Assembly: GCA_046263085.1 (NCBI GenBank)
Contig: JBHELK010000075.1
Coordinates: forward strand, 5,126 to 69,125
Direction of reading: 5' to 3'
From: Actinomycetota bacterium
GTDB lineage: Bacteria; Actinomycetota; UBA4738; JACQTL01
DNA length: 64,000 nucleotides
A model generated the notes under the pieces. That model was not told the DNA's origin. It ran no database searches and saw only the letters and a list, made by a program, of their open reading frames with translations. Made by a program: the position numbers and the translations under genes. Position 1 is the stretch's first letter. Each line of letters starts with the position of its first letter. Of this stretch, positions 1 to 11,810 are shown in pieces.

Positions 1-421
1 ATCGGCGGCCCTGGCCGACCGGCAGCTCGTCGAGGGACTGGCATCCTTCTTCGGCGATGCGTTGGCGGTCGCCGTCGAGGTGGAGAACGGCTGGATCCGT
101 CCGCGTGGCGGCGCGGAGGTGGACCTGCCGCTCGAGGACACGATCGCGTGGCTGCAGGCCTCCGGGGTCGCGCGGTTCATCCACGTCGCCGTCGACCGGG
201 TCGGCGAGATGGTCGGGCCCGATCTCGACGGGGTATCGCGGCTCGCGTTCGCCACGCAGCGGCCGGTGATCGCCTCCGGTGGCATCCGATCCGCGGAGGA
301 CGTGGCCTCGATCGCCTCGCTCGGACCACTCGTTCAGGGCGCGATCCTCGGACGGGCGCTGTACGGGGGCGGGCTCAGGGTGCGCGACGCGATCCGGGCT
401 GCGATGACCGCCCGGGCCTGA
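1..421 (+). CDS. HisA/HisF/PriA-family TIM-barrel protein, C-terminal part (5' end outside window), divergent
   Basis: Frame is open from the window start (SAALADRQLVEGLASFFGDALAVAVEV...); GPD and PVIASGGIRS...GAILGRALY motifs typical of HisA; lies upstream of trpC. Confidence 0.8.
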   Translation, partial: SAALADRQLVEGLASFFGDALAVAVEVENGWIRPRGGAEVDLPLEDTIAWLQASGVARFIHVAVDRVGEMVGPDLDGVSRLAFATQRPVIASGGIRSAEDVASIASLGPLVQGAILGRALYGGGLRVRDAIRAAMTARA

Positions 422-448
422 CGCGGGTCGACCGTACGCCGCGAACCC

Positions 449-454
449 TACAAT
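449..454 (+). promoter_or_regulatory. -10 element (TACAAT) 7 nt before the trpC ATG, probable leaderless promoter
   Basis: TACAATcacgtggATG; no Shine-Dalgarno before the start. Confidence 0.6.
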
Positions 455-461
455 CACGTGG

Positions 462-1277
462 ATGGGGTTCCTCACCGACCACGTCGAGCGGGTGCGCGAG
501 GACCTCAAGCGCAACCCTCCCGACGAGTCGGCCCTCATGGCGCGCGCACTTGCCACGCCGCCGCCGCGCGATTTCGCCGCGGCGCTCCGCGGTGAGCGTC
601 CGGCGGTGATCGCGGAGATGAAGCGCGCGTCACCGTCCGCCGGTGAGATCGCCGACCTCGACCCGGGCGCCACTGCGGCATCGCTCGAGCGCGCCGGGGC
701 AGCAGCGCTCTCGGTGCTCACCGAGCCGCATCATTTCGACGGATCCCTCTCGGATCTGCGCGCCGCCCGGCTGAAGTCGAAGCTCCCCATCCTTCGCAAG
801 GACTTCCTCGTTCATCCGGCCCACGTGATGGAGGCCCGAGCCGCCGGCGCGGATGCCGTGCTGCTCATCACGGCGTGCCTCTCGTTGAGCGAGCTGCAGT
901 CGATGATCGAGACCGCCACCGATCTCGACCTCGCTCCGCTCGTCGAGACGCATTCCGAGGAGGATCTCGAGCGGGCCCTTGCCGCCGGGGCCTCCATCGT
1001 GGGTGTGAACTCCCGCGATCTCGAGTCACTCGAGGTCGACGAGCATCGCGCGCTCACGCTCGCCGGCCGTGTGCCCGTGGACCACACCGTGGTCTTCGAG
1101 AGCGGCATCTCCACCCGAGCCCAGGTGGAGCGGGCGCTCGAGGCCGGTGCGCACGCGATCCTCGTCGGCGAGGCCCTGATGCGGGCCAAGAATCCCGCGG
1201 CCAAGCTGCGGCAGCTGCGGGGGGAGTTCGCATCCGTCGCCGGGATCTCCGCCCATGACCAGGAGTCCGGGCCGTGA
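462..1277 (+). CDS. trpC: Indole-3-glycerol phosphate synthase
   Basis: [36 protein letters not shown] and FESGI motifs. Confidence 0.96.
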   Translation: MGFLTDHVERVREDLKRNPPDESALMARALATPPPRDFAAALRGERPAVIAEMKRASPSAGEIADLDPGATAASLERAGAAALSVLTEPHHFDGSLSDLRAARLKSKLPILRKDFLVHPAHVMEARAAGADAVLLITACLSLSELQSMIETATDLDLAPLVETHSEEDLERALAAGASIVGVNSRDLESLEVDEHRALTLAGRVPVDHTVVFESGISTRAQVERALEAGAHAILVGEALMRAKNPAAKLRQLRGEFASVAGISAHDQESGP

Positions 1278-2464
1278 GCACTCCCGGCGCGGTGGTCGAG
1301 GAACGCGGCCGGTTCGGGACGTTCGGCGGGCGCTACGTTCCCGAGGTCCTGATCCCGGCGCTCGAGGAGCTCGCGGCGGCGTGGTTCGAGCTGCGCGAGG
1401 ACCCATCGTTCCGCGGCGAGCTGGACGCGCTGCTTCGCGACTACGTGGGCCGGCCGACGCCGCTGACGTTCGCGTCGGGCCTCTCGCGGGAGACCGGGTA
1501 TCGCGTCTGGCTGAAGCGCGAGGACCTCGCGCACACCGGCGCCCACAAGATCAACAACACCGTCGGGCAGGTGCTGCTGGCGAAGCGCCTGGGGAAGCGA
1601 AGGATCATCGCGGAGACCGGCGCGGGCCAGCACGGGGTGGCCACCGCCACGGCGTGCACGCTCTTCGACCTCCCGTGTGTGGTGTACATGGGCGAGGAGG
1701 ACATGGAGCGCCAGGCCGTGAACGTGGCCAGGATGCAGCTCCTCGGCGCCGAGGTCGTGGGTGTCTCCTCCGGCTCCCGGACGCTGAAGGACGCCATCAA
1801 CGAGGCGTTGCGCGACTGGGCGGCCTCGGTGCGCGACACACACTACGTCGTGGGATCCGTTGTCGGCCCCCACCCCTTCCCGGTCCTGGTCCGGGACCTC
1901 CAGCGCGTGATCGGCGACGAGGCCCGGCGACAGTTCGAGCAGGCCGCGGGCGGTCTGCCCGACGTCGTGCTCGCGTGCGTCGGCGGCGGGAGCAACGCGC
2001 TGGGGATGTTCACCGCCTTCGTCAGCAGCGGCAGCAGGCTGATCGGTGTGGAGGCGGGGGGGCGCGGCGACCGCGACGGGGAGCACTGTGCATCGCTCTC
2101 GGTCGGGAAGCCGGGCGTACTGCATGGGGCGATGTCCTATCTGCTCCAGGACGACGCGGGGCAGGTCCTGCCCACCCACTCGATCTCCGCGGGCCTCGAT
2201 TACCCGGGGGTGGGGCCGGAGCACAGCTATCTGAAGGACGCGGGGCTCGCCGAGTACACGACGGCCACCGACGTGGGCGCGCTGGAGGGGTTCCAGGCCC
2301 TGGCGCGGCTGGAGGGGATCCTGCCCGCGCTCGAGCCGGCGCACGCGATCGGATGGTTGCTGAAGCGTCCGCTGCCGGAGGGGCAGCGAGTCGCGATTTG
2401 CCTCTCGGGCCGTGGAGACAAGGACCTGGAGACCGTCCGCCGGGCGCTCGGTCTTGAGGTCTGA
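1274..2464 (+). CDS. trpB: Tryptophan synthase beta chain
   Basis: [15 protein letters not shown] (PLP lysine), [28 protein letters not shown] and LSGRGDKD; GTGA overlap with trpC. Confidence 0.98.
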   Translation: MSTPGAVVEERGRFGTFGGRYVPEVLIPALEELAAAWFELREDPSFRGELDALLRDYVGRPTPLTFASGLSRETGYRVWLKREDLAHTGAHKINNTVGQVLLAKRLGKRRIIAETGAGQHGVATATACTLFDLPCVVYMGEEDMERQAVNVARMQLLGAEVVGVSSGSRTLKDAINEALRDWAASVRDTHYVVGSVVGPHPFPVLVRDLQRVIGDEARRQFEQAAGGLPDVVLACVGGGSNALGMFTAFVSSGSRLIGVEAGGRGDRDGEHCASLSVGKPGVLHGAMSYLLQDDAGQVLPTHSISAGLDYPGVGPEHSYLKDAGLAEYTTATDVGALEGFQALARLEGILPALEPAHAIGWLLKRPLPEGQRVAICLSGRGDKDLETVRRALGLEV

Positions 2465-2472
2465 TCGGCCGC

Positions 2473-3240
2473 GTGACCGACCTCGAGCACGAGCTGCGCA
2501 ACCGGATCGCCTCGGGCGGCCACGCGTTCGTCCCGTACGTGACGGGGGGCCTGCTCGGGGTCGACGCCGGTCTGCTGCAGGAGCTGGCCGGCGCCGGCGC
2601 GGACGCGATCGAGGTGGGGATCCCGTTCTCGGATCCGGTGATGGATGGGCCGGTGGTTCAGGAGGCCTCGAAGCGAGCGCTCGATGCCGGGGCCACCCCG
2701 GAGCGGGTGATGGCAGTCGTGGCCGACGCCTCGGTGGGGGCGCCGGTCGTGTTGATGACCTACCTGAATCCCGTGCTCGCGGCGGGGTTCGATCGGTTCC
2801 TGGGGATGGCACGGGAGGCGGGGGTGGCCGGTGTGATCGTCCCGGACCTGCCGGTGGACGAGGCGGATGAGTGGGCCAGCGCGTGCGAGGGGGCGGGCGT
2901 GGCGTCGGTGCTCCTCGCTGCGCCGGGGACATCGACCGAGCGTTTGCAGAGGATCGCGACGACCTCGCGGGGGTTCGTGTACTGCGTGTCGACGTACGGG
3001 GTGACGGGAGGGCGCCAGGCGCTGGCCGGGACGGCGAAGGAGCTGGTGGAGGCACTGCGGCCGTTCACACGGACGCCGCTGCTCGTCGGCGTCGGGATCG
3101 GGACGCCCGATGCGGCGAGAGCAGCGTGCGTGTTTGCCGACGGCATCGTGGTGGGGAGCGCACTGGTCCGTCCATTGCTCGACGGCGACAGACGCGCAGC
3201 GTTGACGCTCGCGAAGGAGTTCCGCGCAGCCATCACTTGA
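2473..3240 (+). CDS. trpA: Tryptophan synthase alpha chain
   Basis: IEVGIPFSDPVMDGPVVQ, LMTYLNPV, IVPDLP and YGVTG; follows trpB. Confidence 0.96.
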   Translation: MTDLEHELRNRIASGGHAFVPYVTGGLLGVDAGLLQELAGAGADAIEVGIPFSDPVMDGPVVQEASKRALDAGATPERVMAVVADASVGAPVVLMTYLNPVLAAGFDRFLGMAREAGVAGVIVPDLPVDEADEWASACEGAGVASVLLAAPGTSTERLQRIATTSRGFVYCVSTYGVTGGRQALAGTAKELVEALRPFTRTPLLVGVGIGTPDAARAACVFADGIVVGSALVRPLLDGDRRAALTLAKEFRAAIT

Positions 3241-3275
3241 GCGTACGGCGTGCTTGGTGCCGTAGACTGAGGTTG

Positions 3276-3360
3276 GCCCGGGTGGCGAAATCCGGCAACC
3301 GCGATGGTTTCAAAAACCATTGGGCGCAAGCCCTTGTGGGTTCGAATCCCACCCCGGGCA
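3276..3360 (+). tRNA. tRNA-Leu(CAA)
   Basis: Acceptor stem GCCCGGG/CCCGGGC plus discriminator A; anticodon arm ATGGT-TTCAAAA-ACCAT; long variable arm GGGCGCAAGCCC; T arm GTGGG-TTCGAAT-CCCAC; CCA not fully encoded (CCG); TAGACT -10 box at 3263-3268. Confidence 0.95.
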
Positions 3361-3433
3361 CCGTTCCCCTCAGTTGCTTGAACCGACCCTCGTCGGCGCC
3401 TACACTCCGACCCCCAACGCAGCGGGTATCGCC

Positions 3434-3712
3434 ATGGATGCATCCGACCCCCACATCGAGAACGCGATGGAGCGCCTCCACGCCGAGATCGGCGCTCTTC
3501 GGGAACGCCTCGCCGAGAGCGCCCGGGACGTCGAGGCCCGGAGCCAGGGCATGCTCCTGGCCGAGACCCCCATCGCCGACCACGAGCTCAGGCTGGCCCG
3601 GGAGCGCCACGAGCGGATCCGGATCCGCCTGGGCGAGCTCGAGGCCGAGCTCGGGGCGCTGATCCTGGACCGGGAGTCGAACCGGTCCACCGGCACCCGC
3701 AGGGCCGGGTAG
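3434..3712 (+). CDS. Small coiled-coil hypothetical protein (92 aa)
   Basis: ATG at 3434, GC-rich third positions, heptad-like helical sequence with an ETPIA motif. Confidence 0.65.
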   Translation: MDASDPHIENAMERLHAEIGALRERLAESARDVEARSQGMLLAETPIADHELRLARERHERIRIRLGELEAELGALILDRESNRSTGTRRAG

Positions 3713-3858
3713 CCGAACCGGCCAAACCAGACCCCGTCCGGAATCCGTACAACTGAACGGCGGTCCGCCGCGGAAGGAGGTCTGGGGGTTTCATCGAGCA
3801 GGGCATTTGTGGTAGGAACCCACCCTGCAAGGGGCCAGAGGACCGAAAGGAGAGGGGT

Positions 3859-5211
3859 TTGTCTCGGAAGATATCGCTAAGGATGTTCGCGATGGCGGCT
3901 GTATTCGCCATCGTCGCAGCTGCATGTAGCAGCAACGATAACGGGACCAGCAACAACAACAACGGGGAAGGGCAAGGCAACAAGGCCGACTGCTCCGAGC
4001 AGTTCGGCTGCGTCACCTACAAGAAGGGTGAGCCGATCAAGATCGGCACGCTCCTCGCCATCTCGGGTGACACGGCCAGCCTGGGCCTCGACAGCCAGCA
4101 CGGCGCCGCGCTCGCCATCGACCACCTCGACGGCAGCTTCGACGGCACCGACGGCCAGCTGCTCGGCCACGCCGTCCAGCTCGTGAACGAGGACGACGGC
4201 TGCAGCGCCGACGGCGGCCAGGCCGGAGCCACGAAGCTCGCTGCCGATCCCACGATCCTGTCGGTGATCGGGACGAGCTGTTCGAGCTCAGCGCTCGGCG
4301 TCGCGGACAAGATCTTCTCCGACAAGGGGATCCTCCTGATCTCCCCGTCGAACACGAACCCGAACCTGACGGCCGAGGGCACGCACCAGCCGTTCTACCT
4401 GCGCACGGCGCACAACGACACGATCCAGGGCGCCATCGTCGCGGACTACGCGGCGCAGAAGGTCGGCGCCAAGACGGCGGCCACGATCCACGACGAGAGC
4501 CCGTACGCGGACGCGCTCGCCGCGGTGTTCCGCCAGGTGTTCGAGCTCAACGGCGGCAAGATCGTCGGTGACGAGGCCATCCAGAGCACCGACACCGACT
4601 TCAAGCCCCTGCTCACCACGATCGGCCAGAACAAGCCGGACTTCCTGTACTACCCGGACTTCAACCCGGCCTGTGGTCTGATCGCGAAGCAGGCAGTCGG
4701 CGTGGCCGGCCTGGAGAACACGCAGCTCGGCGGCTCCGACGGTTGCGGCGCTCCGGACTACTCGGAGATCGGCGGACCCGGTGCCGACGGCACGTTCATC
4801 TCGGGCCCGGACCTCTCGGCGTTCACGCAGGGCGACTTCTACCAGAACGAGTTCCTGCCGGCGTACCAGGACCAGTTCGGCACCAAGCCGACCGCGTCCT
4901 TCCACGCGCACGCCTACGACGCCATGAACATCCTGTTCGACGCGATCAAGGCCGTGGCCGTGGAGAACGACGACGGGTCCATCACGATCCCACGGGACAA
5001 GCTGCGGGAGGCGATCTTCTCGACGAACGGGTACGACGGCGTGACGGGAACGATCACCTGCACACCGCTCGGTGACTGCGCGACCGACGTCACCATCGGC
5101 GTGTACATCGTTCCGAACGACCCGTTCACGGGCAGTTCCCAGAACGCGAAGCCCGTGTTCAGCGAGACCAAGGTCCTCGCAGACGTCCAGGCGCAACTGA
5201 GCGGCGGATAA
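3859..5211 (+). CDS. Branched-chain amino acid (Liv-type) ABC transporter substrate-binding lipoprotein
   Basis: AAAGGAG SD, TTG start, lipobox AAAC, PIKIG...SGD, DDGCS, IGTSCSS and LISPSNT motifs. Confidence 0.9.
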   Translation: MSRKISLRMFAMAAVFAIVAAACSSNDNGTSNNNNGEGQGNKADCSEQFGCVTYKKGEPIKIGTLLAISGDTASLGLDSQHGAALAIDHLDGSFDGTDGQLLGHAVQLVNEDDGCSADGGQAGATKLAADPTILSVIGTSCSSSALGVADKIFSDKGILLISPSNTNPNLTAEGTHQPFYLRTAHNDTIQGAIVADYAAQKVGAKTAATIHDESPYADALAAVFRQVFELNGGKIVGDEAIQSTDTDFKPLLTTIGQNKPDFLYYPDFNPACGLIAKQAVGVAGLENTQLGGSDGCGAPDYSEIGGPGADGTFISGPDLSAFTQGDFYQNEFLPAYQDQFGTKPTASFHAHAYDAMNILFDAIKAVAVENDDGSITIPRDKLREAIFSTNGYDGVTGTITCTPLGDCATDVTIGVYIVPNDPFTGSSQNAKPVFSETKVLADVQAQLSGG

Positions 5212-5234
5212 GAAGCGAGGCGGGAACGAGGAGA

Positions 5235-5275
5235 GCTGCGGGTGAGCCGGAAGGCTCACCCGCAGCCTTTTCTTT
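5235..5275 (+). terminator. Intra-operon hairpin with U-tract after the Liv binding-protein gene
   Basis: Perfect 14-bp stem GCTGCGGGTGAGCC/GGCTCACCCGCAGC, GGAA loop, followed by CTTTTCTTT. Confidence 0.85.
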
Positions 5276-5299
5276 CACTCCGAACGAATCGGTGAGGGA

Positions 5300-6412
<1,113 letters not shown>

Positions 6413-6413
6413 C

Positions 6414-8198
6414 GTGGAGGGCCGCAGCCTGACGCGCCGGATCGTGGCCGCCGGGATGGTCGGCGGTGTCGTGCTGATCTATCTCGCGGCGGTTGGGATG
6501 ATCGAGAAGTTCGATCCCCGCAACCTCATCAAGGACATCGTCACGCTCTCCCGCGTCATGCTCGGCGTCCCACCGTTCTTCGCCGCATATCTCGCGCTTC
6601 GACCGAGACTTCGCCGGGGCGCGATGGAGGAGATCCGTCCGGCGCAGGCGGTCGTGGGCGGAGCGGCGATCGGGTTCCTGTCCTCCGGCCTCCTGACCGC
6701 CGGCATCGCGTTCTGGTACCTGTTCAACCCCCTGACCGTCCGGGAGATCTTCGTGTCGCTCTCCGAGGACCTGATCCAGATCATGACGTTCAACCAGGGG
6801 CTCATCGGGGGGTCGATCATCCTGCTGGTCGGGGGGACGCTGCTCGGCGCGGCCGGCGGCGCCATGCGGATGATGCCGGAGCGGTATCGCCGGCCGTTGT
6901 GGACGGGCCTCGGCACCACGTTCCTGTTCGCCCTGATCCAACGGATCATCCCCACGGCGTTGCACCAGCTTGGTCTCGCCACGGACTGGCTGTACAGCCC
7001 GATCTTCGGGGGGCTCACCATCGTGGGGGCGATCGCGGTGTTCGTGATCTCGACGGCGCTGGCCTGGCTGTGGCGCGAACGCCGTGACAGGGTCCGCACG
7101 CAGATCAAGGAGCTCTCGCCCGCCCAGCGCAAGTCGCTGAACCGTGGCGGCGCGGTCATCCTCGTCGTGCTCGCCGCGCTCCTCCCGCAATTGCTCGGAT
7201 CGGTGCTGTCCCAGATCCTCGGGACCGTCGGGATCTACGTGCTGATGGGCCTGGGACTGAACATCGTCGTGGGGTACGCCGGACTTCTCGACCTCGGCTA
7301 CGTCGCGTTCTTCGCCGTGGGCGCCTACATGGCCGCCATCCTGACCGGCGCCACGCTCGTGACCTCGCTCGGTGCCAACGCCAGCCCGGCGTTCCACCTG
7401 AACCTGACCTTCTACGCGGCGCTCCCGCTGGTGATCATGGCGGCGGCCTTCATCGGCCTGTTGATCGGAGCCCCCGTCCTGCGTCTCCGGGGCGACTATC
7501 TCGCCATCGTCACGCTCGGGTTCGGCGAGATCGTCAGGCTCCTCATCACGTCCGACGCCCTGAGGCACTTCGTCGGCGGGGCGCAGGGGGTCCGGGACGT
7601 CACCGATGCGCACATCGGCAGCTTCGGCTTCCGGGATCCCCAGCACTTCTTCTATCTCGTGCTGGCCCTCGTGGTCATCGCCATCTTCGTCTCGTACCGG
7701 CTGTCCAACTCCCGGGTCGGACGAGCCTGGAACGCCATGCGTGAGGACGAGCAGGTCGCCGAGGCCATGGGGATCTCCACCATCAGGTACAAGCTGCTCG
7801 CCTTCGCCATGGGCGGCGCCATCGGCTGTCTCTCCGGCGCGCTCTTCTCGGTGCAGATCGGCTCCCTCAACGTGCGGAGCTTCAACATCCTCGTCTCGAT
7901 CACGGCCCTGGCCGTGGTGATCCTGGGCGGCATGGGGAGCATCCCCGGCGTGATCGTGGGGGCCATGGCGCTGATCGGGATCCCGGCTCTGCTCTCCGAG
8001 TTCGAGGAGTTCAAGTTGCTGATCTACGGCGGGGTCCTCGTCGCGATCATGATCCTGCGCCCGCAGGGATTGATCCCGAACGTCCGGCGGGCCCAGGAGC
8101 TCACCGACGAGGAACGGCTCCAGGACCAGTGGGCCAAACAGGCCCAACCGGGATCGGAGCCTCCGACCGTGGCGGTGGGGAGCACCGAGACCCCATGA
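6414..8198 (+). CDS. livM: Liv-type ABC transporter permease (LivM-like) with extra N-terminal TM helices
   Basis: LGLNIVVGYAGLLDLGYVAFFAVGAY, LRLRGDYLAIVTLGFGEI and GRAWNAMREDE. Confidence 0.9.
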   Translation: MEGRSLTRRIVAAGMVGGVVLIYLAAVGMIEKFDPRNLIKDIVTLSRVMLGVPPFFAAYLALRPRLRRGAMEEIRPAQAVVGGAAIGFLSSGLLTAGIAFWYLFNPLTVREIFVSLSEDLIQIMTFNQGLIGGSIILLVGGTLLGAAGGAMRMMPERYRRPLWTGLGTTFLFALIQRIIPTALHQLGLATDWLYSPIFGGLTIVGAIAVFVISTALAWLWRERRDRVRTQIKELSPAQRKSLNRGGAVILVVLAALLPQLLGSVLSQILGTVGIYVLMGLGLNIVVGYAGLLDLGYVAFFAVGAYMAAILTGATLVTSLGANASPAFHLNLTFYAALPLVIMAAAFIGLLIGAPVLRLRGDYLAIVTLGFGEIVRLLITSDALRHFVGGAQGVRDVTDAHIGSFGFRDPQHFFYLVLALVVIAIFVSYRLSNSRVGRAWNAMREDEQVAEAMGISTIRYKLLAFAMGGAIGCLSGALFSVQIGSLNVRSFNILVSITALAVVILGGMGSIPGVIVGAMALIGIPALLSEFEEFKLLIYGGVLVAIMILRPQGLIPNVRRAQELTDEERLQDQWAKQAQPGSEPPTVAVGSTETP

Positions 8199-8974
8199 GC
8201 CCCCTGCTGGACATCCGCGGCCTCACGAAACGCTTCGGCGGGCTGGCCGCCGTGAACGGCCTCGACCTGCACATCGAGGCGGGGGAGATCGTGAGCGTCA
8301 TCGGCCCGAACGGCGCCGGCAAGACCTCGCTGTTCAATCTCGTGACGGGCATGATCGAGCCGGACGACGGCCTCATCCAGTTCGGCGACCGCAGCCTCGT
8401 GGGGCTGAAGCCGAACCAGATCACGAGACGCGGCGTCGCCCGCACGTTCCAGACCGTCCACCTGTTCCCCAACATGACTGTGCTCGAGAACGCCATGGTC
8501 GGGCAGCACTGCCGGGGCAAGGCGGGCCTCCTCGGCGCGGTGCTGCGCCTCCCGCCGACGAAGAAGGAGGAGGAGCGAATCCGGGAACGGGCCAAGGAGG
8601 CGCTGGGCTTCTTCGGGCCCCGCCTGTCAGGCTACCGGCTCCACCAGCAGGCCTCGGTGCTGTCGTACGCGAACCGCCGCCGTCTGGAGATGGCGCGGGC
8701 CATGGCCACCGACCCCCAGCTGATCCTCCTCGACGAGCCGACCGCGGGGATGAACCCGACGGAGACGGGCGAGCTCACGACGCTCATCGCCAGGATGCGC
8801 GACCACGGGTACACGGTCCTCGTCATCGAGCACGACATGCGAGTGGTGAAGGGCGTCTCGGACCGGGTCGTTGCGCTCGATTACGGACAGAAGATCGCCG
8901 AGGGCAGCTACGACGAGGTCGCGAACGACGAGCGCGTGATCGAGGCCTATCTCGGAAGGAAGGCGACGGCATGA
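8195..8974 (+). CDS. livG: Liv-type ABC transporter ATP-binding protein (LivG-like)
   Basis: ATG overlapping the livM stop; GPNGAGKT and LLDEPTAGMN. Confidence 0.9.
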   Translation: MSPLLDIRGLTKRFGGLAAVNGLDLHIEAGEIVSVIGPNGAGKTSLFNLVTGMIEPDDGLIQFGDRSLVGLKPNQITRRGVARTFQTVHLFPNMTVLENAMVGQHCRGKAGLLGAVLRLPPTKKEEERIRERAKEALGFFGPRLSGYRLHQQASVLSYANRRRLEMARAMATDPQLILLDEPTAGMNPTETGELTTLIARMRDHGYTVLVIEHDMRVVKGVSDRVVALDYGQKIAEGSYDEVANDERVIEAYLGRKATA

Positions 8975-9723
8975 GCGACGCCGACCAGCCCGCGAGTCCC
9001 GGCGACGGACAGCCCGTCCTGGAGCTCGACGGCGTTAGCACGCACTACGGGCTCGTCAGCGTGCTTCGAGACGTCAACGTGACGATCAACGCCGGCGAGA
9101 TCGTGTGTCTGCTCGGCGGGAACGCGAGCGGCAAGACCACGACCCTCAAGACCATCCTCGGCATGGTGACGCCGAGCGAGGGGGAGGTCCGCCTCGACGG
9201 CGAGCGGGTGAGCGGTCTTCCGACGAGGGAGGTCGTCCGCCACGGCATCTCGATGGTGCCGGAGAACCGGCGGCTCTTCTCCAAGATGACGGTGCGGGAG
9301 AACCTCGAGCTGGGTGCCTACCAGCGCACCGACAAGGAGGCCATCGCCTCCGACATGGAGCGCGTGATGACCGTCTTCCCGCGCCTTCGCGAGCGCATCA
9401 GCCAGAAGGCGGGGACCCTGTCCGGCGGCGAGCAGCAGATGGTGGCCATGGGGCGAGCGCTCATGGCGCAGCCCAAGATCCTGTTGATGGACGAGCCGTC
9501 CATGGGACTCGCGCCGGTGCTGGTGGAGCAGGTGTTCACGATCATCAAGGAGATCAACGAGCTCGGAACCACGATCTTCGTCGTGGAGCAGAACGCCAAC
9601 ATGGCCCTCTCGATCGCCGACCGGGGCTACGTGCTGCAGACCGGCGAGATCGTGATGGCCGACTCGGCGCAGGCCCTGCTGAGCAATCCCCTGATGCGGG
9701 AGGCGTACCTGGGGGAGCTGTGA
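8971..9723 (+). CDS. livF: Liv-type ABC transporter ATP-binding protein (LivF-like)
   Basis: GGNASGKT, LSGGEQQM, MDEPSMGLAP and VEQNA. Confidence 0.9.
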   Translation: MSDADQPASPGDGQPVLELDGVSTHYGLVSVLRDVNVTINAGEIVCLLGGNASGKTTTLKTILGMVTPSEGEVRLDGERVSGLPTREVVRHGISMVPENRRLFSKMTVRENLELGAYQRTDKEAIASDMERVMTVFPRLRERISQKAGTLSGGEQQMVAMGRALMAQPKILLMDEPSMGLAPVLVEQVFTIIKEINELGTTIFVVEQNANMALSIADRGYVLQTGEIVMADSAQALLSNPLMREAYLGEL

Positions 9724-10649
9724 GCGGACCGGTGCTGATCGATCCCGAGGAGCTCCGAGCGGCACTTCCGATGGAGGCCGCCATCGACGCGCTCGAGTCC
9801 ACGTTTCGCGAGGGCCGCATCCCGCACGCCCCGCCGCGCACCGTCGTCGATCTGGACCACGGGGAGCTTCTGGTGATGCCGGCCGTCGGCGAGGCGGGCG
9901 CGGGGGTGAAGCTCGTGACGGTTGCTCCCGGCAACCCCGCGCGGGGCCTGCCCCTGATCCACGCGGCTTACGTGCTCTTCGACGCGGGTTCTCTGGAGCC
10001 GAGCGCGATGATCGACGGGGGGGCGCTCACCGCCCTGCGAACGGCGGCGGTGTCCGGAGTCGCCACACGGCACCTGGCCCGTGACGGCGCCGAGCGCCTG
10101 GTGCTCTTCGGCGCCGGGGTCCAGGCCACCGCGCATCTCGAATCGATGCGTGCGGTGCGACCGATCCGGGAGGTCGTGGTGGTGGGAAGGAGCCCCGAGC
10201 GGGCCGCAGCCCTCGTCGACGCGGCCCGGGCCGGCGGGCTCCAGGCCAGAAGCGGCGGCCCGGACGCCGTCGCCGGGGCCGACATCGTGTGTGCGTGCAC
10301 GACGAGCGCCACCCCGCTCTTCGACGGCGGGCGTCTCCCGCCGGGCGCGCACGTCAACGCGGTGGGCTCGTACCAGCCGCACACTCGAGAGCTCGACGAC
10401 GAGACGATCCGTAGGGCCAGGATCGTGGTGGAGACACGCGACGCCGCGATGTCGGAGGCGGGCGACCTGTTGATCCCGCTCGGGGCCGGGGTGATCTCGG
10501 CGTCGGCCATCGCCGCCGATCTCGCCGAGCTCGTGGGGGGCGCGCGCGTCCGGCGGGACGCCGAGGATGTCACGGTGTTCAAGTCCGTGGGTGTGGCGTT
10601 CGAGGATCTCGTGGTGGCCGGCGCGGCCGTGGCGGCGATGGCCCGATGA
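9720..10649 (+). CDS. Ornithine cyclodeaminase/mu-crystallin family protein (possible imine/ketimine reductase)
   Basis: GTGA overlap with livF; [29 protein letters not shown] and [10 protein letters not shown]. Confidence 0.9.
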   Translation: MSGPVLIDPEELRAALPMEAAIDALESTFREGRIPHAPPRTVVDLDHGELLVMPAVGEAGAGVKLVTVAPGNPARGLPLIHAAYVLFDAGSLEPSAMIDGGALTALRTAAVSGVATRHLARDGAERLVLFGAGVQATAHLESMRAVRPIREVVVVGRSPERAAALVDAARAGGLQARSGGPDAVAGADIVCACTTSATPLFDGGRLPPGAHVNAVGSYQPHTRELDDETIRRARIVVETRDAAMSEAGDLLIPLGAGVISASAIAADLAELVGGARVRRDAEDVTVFKSVGVAFEDLVVAGAAVAAMAR

Positions 10650-11803
10650 CGGCCGAGACCGTCGATGTGGTCGTGGTGGGCGGGGGAGCGGTCGGCACGA
10701 GCGCGGCCTACCACCTGGCCGCGGCGGGCGCCGGCTCCGTCCTGTTGCTCGAGCGGGAGGGCACGCTTGGTGCCGGCTCCACTGGGCGGTGCGCGGGCGG
10801 GTTCCGCCACCAGTTCTCGAGCCGCATCAACGTCCAGCTCTCGATCGAGAGCATCCGGATGATCAGGTCGTTCGCCTCCGATCACGAAGTCCCGCTGGAC
10901 GTCGACGTGCACGGCTATCTCTTCCTGGTCCGGAGCGAGGCGTCGTGGGCGGAGTTCGTGGCCGGCGCCGAGCTCCAGCGATCGCTGGGCGTGGACGTGC
11001 GCCTTCTCTCGGCCGACGAGGCCCTGGCCCTCGTCCCCGGGATCGAGACGGCGGGCGTGATCGGCGCGACGTTCTGTCCCGACGACGGCATCGCCGACCC
11101 CTCCGGCCTCACCCTCGGCTACGCCACGGCCGCCCGGCGGGCCGGCGCGCGCATCCGAACCGGAGAGGACGTCCGCTCGATCGACGTCGTCGCCGGACGG
11201 GCCACCGGCGTCACGACCTCGGCCGGAACGGTGCGGGCGGGCGCGGTGGTGAACGCAGCGGGGCCCTGGGCCGGTGTCCTGGCGAAGACGGCCGGTGTGC
11301 GCATCCCCCTCGATCCGATCCCGCGGCACGTCGTCGTGACGGCGCCGTTCGACGGCGCTCCGCCGCGCCGGACGCTCGTGGTCGACGCCGAGACCTCCTT
11401 CTATTTCCACCGGGAGGGCGGCGGCATGCTGATGGGGATGGCCGCCCCGGAGGAGCGGCCGTCCTTCGAGACACGGGTCGACGACGCCTTCGTCTCCGAG
11501 CAGCTCCTTCCGACGGCCATACGCGTGTTCCCACCACTGGAGCAGGCCGGCCTGGCGCACCGCTGGGTGGGTCTCTACGAGATGACCCCGGACCGCCATC
11601 CCGTGATCGGGCCGGCGCCGGGGGTCGAGGGCCTGTACCTCGCGAACGGATTCAGTGGCCACGGGTTCCAGCACGCCCCCGTGGTGGGAAAGCTCCTGGC
11701 CGAGATGATCACGGAGGGTGGGGCCCGCACCGTGGACGTCGCACCGCTCGCGCTGGAACGCTTCGCGTCGGGGGGCGTCACCAGGGAGGCGCACGTCGTA
11801 TGA
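10646..11803 (+). CDS. FAD-dependent oxidoreductase, DAO family (sarcosine oxidase beta / proline dehydrogenase beta-like)
   Basis: VVGGGAVG Rossmann motif, [15 protein letters not shown] and [12 protein letters not shown]. Confidence 0.88.
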   Translation: MTAETVDVVVVGGGAVGTSAAYHLAAAGAGSVLLLEREGTLGAGSTGRCAGGFRHQFSSRINVQLSIESIRMIRSFASDHEVPLDVDVHGYLFLVRSEASWAEFVAGAELQRSLGVDVRLLSADEALALVPGIETAGVIGATFCPDDGIADPSGLTLGYATAARRAGARIRTGEDVRSIDVVAGRATGVTTSAGTVRAGAVVNAAGPWAGVLAKTAGVRIPLDPIPRHVVVTAPFDGAPPRRTLVVDAETSFYFHREGGGMLMGMAAPEERPSFETRVDDAFVSEQLLPTAIRVFPPLEQAGLAHRWVGLYEMTPDRHPVIGPAPGVEGLYLANGFSGHGFQHAPVVGKLLAEMITEGGARTVDVAPLALERFASGGVTREAHVV

Positions 11804-11810
11804 GGCACGC

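Noticed and set aside
3241-3275. trp attenuator or T-box near trpCBA
   Set aside because: No Trp-rich leader peptide or T-box sequence; trpC appears leaderless.
3340-3720. tRNA-Leu as an integration site for an island
   Set aside because: No integrase and no duplicated tRNA 3' end were seen in the window.
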